The notes beneath the pieces were generated by a model. That model did not search any database. It was not told the DNA's origin and saw nothing but the letters and a program-made list of their open reading frames with translations. 64,000 nucleotides of DNA from the human T2T-CHM13v2.0 reference genome, Homo sapiens: assembly GCA_009914755.4 (NCBI GenBank), contig CP068257.2, forward strand, positions 35,456,001-35,520,000, read 5' to 3'. Every line of letters starts with the position of its first letter. The first letter of the stretch is position 1. The translations under genes were made by a program, and so were the position numbers. Below, in pieces: positions 56,142 through 64,000 of the stretch.

Positions 56142-58518
56142 TTGCCTCCTGTCTTTATTGTTAACACCCCATTGACAACAAGATATAAATTGATTACAAT
56201 GTGAAATTGTAAATCTTTTAATACAGAAGTTTATGAAGTGAATTAAAGTGATGTTGGAGAAACAGCAAAGCCATGTCTGCCACAATACACTGGTTTTCAA
56301 TTTCTTCTCCATTTCTTAATCTGAATCCATGATAGATGCTTCAGGGGGAATGATTTGAATATCAAAACACTAAAAAAAAATCAGTGAAGTCTCATTTCTT
56401 TTCAAAAATGACCATTTTTGGATGCTGCTACAAAAATTAAATACAAAGCAAGGATATAGCATATTATTATGTTTTTCTATTATTTGATAGAAAAATCATG
56501 AGTCTTCTTCCCTGCCCTCCCCTGTACCCCTAAAGAAACCAGATATTAATATATGATAATTTTTTAAATGCAGAGTTGTAATTTTAACCTGTTTTATTTA
56601 AAAAAAATTTATTTTTCTGATATTTTGTTTCACTTTTCCAACTGAACACTCCTTTATTAGGTAATATCTACCATATGGGACTATTTCTTCATTAAATGGG
56701 ATAACCACGTAAAACACTTAGAGCCCTGGAACATAGTAAATCTTCAGTGTACTTTAGTCGTCATTACTGTTACCACCATCATTTTCATTATTATTAGAAT
56801 GACTCTGGCCTACAGCTTGCTTTTTGTCTTTTACAAAATATCTTGTGTTTCTTCCCATGTTCAGAACACAGAGCTCTTCCATTCTTCATTTGCTGTACAG
56901 TATTTTGTAATATGGCTGTATCCCCCATTTTTGTGCATTTAGGCTCTTCATTCCTCTTTTCCTCCCTCACTTTCTATCCCTCTATCCATCTCTCTCTTTT
57001 TCTTCTTCCTTTGAGAGGGATAGATCAGACAGTACTTCAAACATCCTTGCACATACACCTTTGTGCACCTGTTCATGTATATTTACAATAAATACTTTGT
57101 AAATAATGTATAGAAGTTGTTTCTGTAGTGGGATTGCTGTATCAAAGGGGATATGTAATTTTATCTTTGACAGATATTGTGAAATGGTTCTCTTAGAAAA
57201 TAGGCACTGTTCACACTCCGACTAATCTACAGGAGGGTGTGGTATAATAAAAATATATATATATTTGGTATTTGTCCCAGTTCCTGGTACAGAGCTCCCA
57301 AAACCCATGGCATTTCCTGAATGATAGGAGTGTATTTTGTTACTCATCATGAGCCCCTTTCCATGTACTTGAGTTTATGCTAATGAGGTGACTCAAGGTA
57401 GTGCCTCAGATAGTTCAGGAGGAGGTCTCGTCACTGGAAAGACCAAACACCTGATTAGAGGGTTAAGACTTTCAGCCTCATACCTGACCTCCAAGGAGAG
57501 GAGGGGGGCTGGAAATTGAGGTTAGGCACCAATGGCCAGTGGTTGATTTAATTGTACCTACATACCTACATAATGAAACCTTAGTAAAGTCCTTAAAAGA
57601 GGGCATGGGGAGCTTCTGGGCTGACGAACACATTGATGTGCTGAGAAAGTGGCATGCCCAAGGGGATCATGAAGCTCCTCGCGCCCCCCAACCTTCCTAT
57701 GCATCTCTTCCTCTTGGCTGTTTTTGAGTTGTATCCTTTATAATAAATTGGTAATAGTAAGCACTTCCTTGAGTTCCATTGTTTTTCTAGTGAGCCTGAA
57801 GAGGGACTCATGGGAACCCTCTTGTAGTCAGCAGGGCAGGAGTGTGGGTGACCTGTGCACCCCACTTGCAGCTGAAGTGAGGGCAGTCTGGTGGGACTGA
57901 TTCTTTACCCTGTGAGGTCTGCGCTAACTCTGGGAGTTAGTATCAGAACTGAATTGCATTATTGCACACTCATTTTGTGTTGGACAGTTGAATTGATACG
58001 GAAAAATGACAATATTTGGTATTGGAGAAAATCTACACATTGGATGTCAGAAGTACTTTCAGAAAACTCCACATCGAGTGCCTCAGATTTTCTTACTCTC
58101 ACCAACTTAGGGAGTCAGACTTTCTGAAATGCTTGTATCTTATTATTAGATTTTCCCATCACATTGAACATCTTTGCACTGTTTATTGGGCACATTTATT
58201 GTTTTAGGCCCATGTTGTTACTAGTGACTACAGATCAAGGCAAATACCCCTTAATTTTTCTCTTTTTTCAAAAGCTGTTTTTCCATATCATCTTTATAAT
58301 CAATTCATCTGGTTTCCCTCCACCTCTGATTTTATAGGAATGTTTATTGAGATTGCATTGGATTTAGAGATTTCTAATAGAAATATTGCCAAAATGCCAA
58401 TTCCCCCCAAAGAATGGCCAACTTGTATGGCTCACCATTTACTCACTATTTTACATGGCCTTCAGTAAATATATTTTTTTCTTCTATCTGTCACATTGGA
58501 GGGATGAGAGCGAACTAA

Positions 58519-58833
<315 letters not shown>

Positions 58834-58886
58834 TGAGTAGAACTTTTATTTTAAAATGATTTTTAAAAATGCTTTTTTTCTTTTAG

Positions 58887-58971
58887 TTCTAGTTCACCAT
58901 TGACTTTACCAGCAGATTTGAAGAACATCTTGGAGAAACAGTTTTCTAAATCTTCCAGAGCTGCACACCAG
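58887..58971 (+). CDS. TTC3: TTC3 coding exon (S)SSPLTLPADLKNILEKQFSKSSRAAHQ
   Basis: Acceptor ttttttcttttag|TTCTAGTTCACC and donor CACCAG|gtaatg. Confidence 0.85.
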
Positions 58972-59094
58972 GTAATGGAGAAGCTTTTCCAATGGAAAAA
59001 GCAAAACTCTTTGAACAAAACATTGTTCACATGAATAAGGTTCTAATCATGTACATCTCTAAGTTTTTTTTATATAATTATTGTATTATATTGT

Positions 59095-59205
59095 AGTTTT
59101 GTAGAGATGGGGTCTCACTGTGTTGTCCAGGTTGGTTTCAAACTCCTGGCCTCAAGCAATCCTCTTAAAGTGTTGGGATTACAGGTGTGAGCTATTGCAC
59201 TCAGC
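59095..59205 (-). mobile_element. Alu monomer fragment, antisense
   Basis: tagagatggggtctcactgtgttgtccaggttggtttcaaactcctggcctcaagcaatcctc...gggattacaggtgtgagc. Confidence 0.75.
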
Positions 59206-59971
59206 TATTATAGACATATCATTTAATATATATGACTGCTAAGAATCCAATCTATCACTAATTTAAATATTAACTTGATAATTACGTTAGCTAGAGGTTT
59301 AACTAATGATTAGCACTGTGGAATTATTTGCTTCTCAAAGAGTTAACAGTAGTATTAACTTTAAATATTTTTAAAAGATTTAAACACAGTTTCATTATAC
59401 TTATTCTAAAATCATTAGAGGGCAAACTTTTATTCTTTAAATGATTTAACTTAATCAGATAATGTTGTATATAAAATTCTTTTTACGTTACTTCATGATG
59501 GAAAATATACATTAACATGGAATAGAATACTCATTTCAAAACATGTGGATCTTTTTTTAGGTATACATAACAGATATTTTACAAAGAACTAAAATAGATT
59601 CCTAATCATTTGCTTAAAAACATTTTTGAGAATTTCTTAAAGTTGGAGATTTTAAATTATATCTTTTTACATTGATTTTTACTGACTCTAAACACCATGA
59701 AATACTTAAATAGATGACAGCCTGTGAAGATGAAAAGACTATTTAAATAAATATGATCGCTGTTTTTGAGCCTCTGTTTGTTCATTCAACACAGTTTGAT
59801 TGAGGCTCTCTCCATATGCTGGGGAGTGAGAGAGATTGGGTGCACAGTGATATGATTTCGGCCTGCTCTGCTGGAGCTTTCAGGACAGATCATTTATGTC
59901 GTATTGAGGGAAGTGACTTCCAATGAAAGCATGAGGCTGTATGGATCTGATTTCTAGACTGATAAAGAAAG

Positions 59972-60080
59972 CTGGGCATGGTGGCACGTGTCTGTAGTCC
60001 CAGCTCCTCAGGAGGCTGAGGTGAGAGGATTAACCACTGCACTCCAGCCTGGGCAACATAGGAAGGCCCTGTCTTATTTA
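59972..60080 (+). mobile_element. Alu right-arm fragment, sense
   Basis: gctgggcatggtggcacgtgtctgtagtcccagctcctcaggaggctgaggtgagagg...ctgcactccagcctgggcaaca. Confidence 0.8.
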
Positions 60081-60374
60081 TTTATTATTTTCTTTTGTTT
60101 TCTTTTTTAAGCCTCTCACTAGTTTGGGAGCCCTGTCTCTTTTAAAGAAGAAAGAAAAAGAATGAGAACAAGATTAAAATTGAATGAGTTTATGCAAGGC
60201 TAATAACTAGTATTTGTAGGGCTAGTATATCATCATTTATAACTTCAAGTTCATATCTTAAAACAAGTATGGCTGTCATCGAGCTTTTAAGTTTTTCTGA
60301 AAGCTGCTCTTTTCTATGCATATTCTGGGGAGCGTTCTGCCAAACTTTGATTCATTGGTTCAAAAGCCAGCAGA

Positions 60375-60660
60375 GGCCGGGTGCAGGGTCTCACACCTGT
60401 AATCCCAGCATTTTGGGAGGCCGAGGCAGGCGGATCACAAGGTCAAGAGATTGAAACCATCCTGGCCATCATGGCGAAACCCCATCTCTACTAAAAATAC
60501 AAAAAATTAGCTGGGTGTGGTGGCGTGCACCTGTAGTCCTAGCTACCCAGGAGGCTGAAGCAGGAGAATCGCTTGAACCCCGAGGTGGAGGTTGCAGTGA
60601 GCCGAGATCTGCCACTGCACTCCAGCCTGGACGACAGAGCAAGACTCCATCTCAAAAAAA
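60375..60660 (+). mobile_element. Alu SINE, sense, with a perfect 13-bp target-site duplication
   Basis: Target-site duplication aaaagccagcaga at 60362-60374 and 60661-60673. Confidence 0.92.
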
Positions 60661-61584
60661 AAAAGCCAGCAGAAGGCTTTTGTTAATGGGTAACCAAACT
60701 GCTTTTTCCTCTGTGATTTGTGCAGTGGGGCCTCCTTTTGGATCTTCATTGTTAGGAATGGTGAGGAATACAACATACATATTTGCATTTGCGGCCCCTT
60801 TGAATGGCGCACACGTGTATAGCAAGGAGTGAGGAGATTTTAGGCTTAATGTCTAGCCTTGCCTCTCCAATCTTTGTGGAACTTTGGTGACTTACAGCTA
60901 TTCCCATGTCACTAAAATATGAATTCAAATTATAATGCGTATTCAAATTACAAAGTTTTTCTCACTTTAAGGGCACATGATAGCAATTTTGTTTTTATTT
61001 TTTATTCCTTATGTTATTCCTTTTGCATTTAACCTATTGTTATCTCTCCCAGTAATTTTATCTACTTATATTCAAATATATGTTAGGCAGGAGTACAGTT
61101 AACAATTACAGTATTTATTTCTTGCTTAGAATTAAGGTTTGTTTCAGAGCAGGATGGCAGTTGTTAAAATCTGGTAGTGATCAGAATATTGATTGTATGT
61201 TCTTAAGTGTCTAATTGTTCTACTCCCAAACAACTTACTTATTTAAATGATGGCTGTTGTTTTTCATATATATTGTTAAAACTTAAAAATACTGTCTGTT
61301 TAGTCTGGAGAGCAAGTGAGGCTTAGTACCATGTAGTGTAAAATGAGCCACCTTTGTCACAGGCAACAGAAGAGGTGTTGCAATTAGGATGGTAAAGCAG
61401 TACCTTTTCATTTTCACTTTAAAAGTGTGGTGCTGAGAAAGGAATATGATGAATAAGGGTAGTTTGGGTATTGATGTAAACATTTTATCATTAGTTATAA
61501 AATATTACTATGAACTTGGCATCTTAGGTTTTAAATTAAAAATGTGTAGATTCAGGTTACTGAAATAGAATTTCTTTTTTCCAG

Positions 61585-61719
61585 GATTTTGCTAATATAA
61601 TGAAAATGCTGAGAAGCTTAATTCAAGATGGCTATATGGCCTTATTGGAGCAGCGTTGCCGCAGCGCTGCACAGGCCTTTACAGAGTTGCTGAACGGTTT
61701 AGATCCTCAAAAAATAAAG
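61585..61719 (+). CDS. TTC3: TTC3 coding exon DFANIMKMLRSLIQDGYMALLEQRCRSAAQAFTELLNGLDPQKIK; the gene continues beyond the window
   Basis: Acceptor tttcttttttccag|GATTTTGC and donor AATAAAG|gtaaat. 135 nt, ending in phase 0. Confidence 0.85.
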
Positions 61720-62021
61720 GTAAATTTGCCATATCATAACTTGTTTATCAATGCTAATGCACCTCAGATGAATGCAGAAGAGAACCAAGGGCTTAACTCA
61801 TTGTAGTAATGTACCTAAGACCTTGCTGAGATTGGCTGAATCTACTTCAGGTTATGGGAAGCAGGTACTGCTCCAATTCAGACTTCATGAGTATGTTCAG
61901 TATGTGATCCATGTTTATATTCTCTCCTTGACTATAGTTTAGGGTCATTAGAACTGGCTTTTTCTCTGAATCAAGGTTTTCAACTATCTTTAGTCACACC
62001 TTTTCACCCAGGAAGAAAGTA

Positions 62022-64000
62022 CAGGCACACCTCGTTTCATTATGCTTTGCTTTATTGTACTTTGCAGACAATGCATTTGTTACAAATTGAAGATTTGTGG
62101 CAACCCTGTGTCAAGCAAGTCTGTTTTCTGAAAGCATGTGCTCACCTCATGTCTCTGTGTCACATTTTGGTAATTCTCACAATATGTCAAACTTTTTCAT
62201 TATCATTATCACTGTATCTGTGATCAGTGATCTTTGATGTTACTATTGTAATTATTTTGGGGCACTACAATCTGTGCCTATGTAAGAAAGGGAACTTAAT
62301 AAATTGTGTGTGTGTGTTCTGAGTGCTCTGCCAACCAGCTGTTATCTCCACCCCCTTCCTTAAGTCTCCCTGTTCCCTGAGACACGATATTGAAATTAGG
62401 CCAATTAATGACCCTACAATGGCCTCTAAGTATTCAAGTGAAAGGAAGAGTTGCACGTCTCTCACTTTAAATAAAAAACTAGAATGATTAAGCTTCGTGA
62501 GGAAGGTATGTTGAAAGCCAAGACAGGCAGAAAGCTAGTCCTCTTGTGCCAAATAGCCAAATTGTGAATGCAAAGAAACAGTTTTTGAAGGAAATTAAAA
62601 GTGCTACTTCAGTGAACACATGAATGACAAGAAAGTGAAACAACTTTCTTGCCGATGCAGAGAGTCTTAGTGGTCTGGGTAGAAGATCAAACCAGCCACA
62701 ACATTCTCTTAAGCCAGAGCCTAATCCAGAGCAAGACTCTAACTCTTCTATTCTGTGAAGGCTGAGAGAGGTGAGGAAGCTGCAGAAGAATAGTTTGAAA
62801 CTAGCAGAAGTTGGTTCATGAGATTTAAGGAAAGAAGCTATTTCCATAACATAAAAGTGCAAGGTGAAGCAGCAAGTGCTGATGGAGAAGCTGCAGTAAG
62901 TTATCGAGATCTAGTGAAGATCATTGATGAAGGTGGCTACGCTAAACAACAGATTGTCAATGGAGACTAAACAACCTTCTGTTGGAAGAAGATGCCATCT
63001 AGGACTTTCATAGCTAGAGAGAAGTCAGTGTCTGGTTTCAAAGCTTCAAAAAGGATGGGCTCATTACTCATTAGGGGCTGATGCAGCTGGTGACTTAAGT
63101 TGAAGCCAGTGCTCATTTATGTTCCAAAAATCCTCAGGCCCTTAAGAATTATGCTAATTCACTCTGCCTGGAGCCCTAGAAATGGAACAACAAAGCATGA
63201 ATGGCAGCACATCTGTTTACAGCATGGTTTACTAAGTACTTTAAGCCCACTGTTGAGACCTACTGCTAGAATAAAAGATTCTTTGCAAAATACTATTGCT
63301 CATTGACAATGCACCTGATTGCCCAGGAGATGTGGTGTACATGTACAAGGAGATGAATGTTGTTTTCATGCCTGGTAACACAATATCCATTCTGTAGCCT
63401 ATGGATCAAGGAGTCATTTTGACTTTCAAGTCTTATTATTTAAGAAACATATTTTATAAGGCTATAGCTGCCATAGTGATTCCTCTGTTGGATCTGGACA
63501 AAGTAAATTGAAAACCTTCTGGAAAGGATCACCACTCTAGATACCATAAAGAACATTCATGATGCATGTGAGAGATCAAAATATCAACATTTACAGGAGT
63601 TTGGAAGAAGTAAATTCCAGCCCTCATGGATGACTTTGAGGGGTTCAGGACATTAGTGGAGGAAGTCACTGCAGATGTGGTGGAACAAGCAAGAGAATTA
63701 GAAGTGGAGCCTGAAGATGTGACTGAATTGCTGCAACCTCAGGATAAAACTTGAAGGGATAAGGAGTTGCTTTTTATACATGAACAAAAAAAGTCATTTC
63801 TTGAAATGGAATCTACTCCTTGTGAAGATGCTGGAATATTGTTGAAATGAGAAACTTAGTTGATCAAGCAGTGGCAGGATTTGAGAGGATTCACTCCAAT
63901 TTTGAAAGAAGTTCTAGTGTGGGTAAAATACTGTCAAACAGCATCACACATTACAGAGAAACCTTTTCTGAAAGTAAGAGTCAATCAGTATGACAGACTT
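62022..64000 (+). mobile_element. Tigger1 (pogo/CENP-B-like DNA transposon), 5' ~2 kb, running off the window end
   Basis: Terminal caggcacacctcgtttcattatgctttgc following a TA. Transposase-like frame ...LKLREEGMLKAKTGRKLV..., ...LLIDNAPDCP... with stops and indels. Matches the Tigger1 consensus from memory. Confidence 0.8.

Noticed and set aside
62488-62862. 124-aa minus-strand ORF
   Set aside because: It is the antisense strand of the Tigger1 transposase region. The sense strand carries the recognisable transposase frame.

Overview
This window is primate (human-type) nuclear genomic DNA. It is not prokaryotic: there are no operons or CRISPR arrays, and no long ORFs apart from transposon remnants. 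I do not see an undescribed biological system here; this looks like a well-characterised gene locus.

The protein-coding content is 17 GT-AG-flanked exons on the + strand, covering 1,578 nt (526 codons). The reading frame stays intact across every junction. The spliced translation runs from MDNFAEGDFTVADYALLEDCPHVDDCVFAAEFMSNDYVRVTQLYCDGV through TPR-like motifs (EGELMKMKGNEEFSKERFDIAIIYYTRAIEYRPENYLLYGNRALCFLRTGQFRNALGDGK...) to ...DFANIMKMLRSLIQDGYMALLEQRCRSAAQAFTELLNGLDPQKIK. From memory I recognise this as the N-terminal half of TTC3, the tetratricopeptide-repeat E3 ligase gene at chr21q22.13 in the Down syndrome critical region. The gene continues past the window end.

The first ~600 bp are a CpG-rich promoter and 5'UTR-like region. 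The ATG is at 13442.

Much of the window is interspersed repeat:
- 24 Alu elements or fragments, many with intact target-site duplications.
- One full-length (~6.1 kb) but coding-defective L1 with a 13-bp target-site duplication.
- Several older L1 fragments on both strands.
- At least six MIR SINE relics.
- One MADE1 mariner MITE plus a half copy.
- The 5' ~2 kb of a Tigger1 DNA transposon at the window end.
- TG, TAA and TTTA microsatellites.

The items I think most worth a second look are:
- a head-to-head inverted Alu junction;
- a (TG)8 tract 14 nt upstream of the 3' splice site of a 46-nt frame-shifting exon;
- a ~640-bp intronic segment present twice 3.2 kb apart, one copy ending 18 nt before an exon;
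- the MADE1 hairpin, which is miR-548-like;
- antisense Alus very close to exons;
- a uORF-bearing candidate 5'UTR exon.
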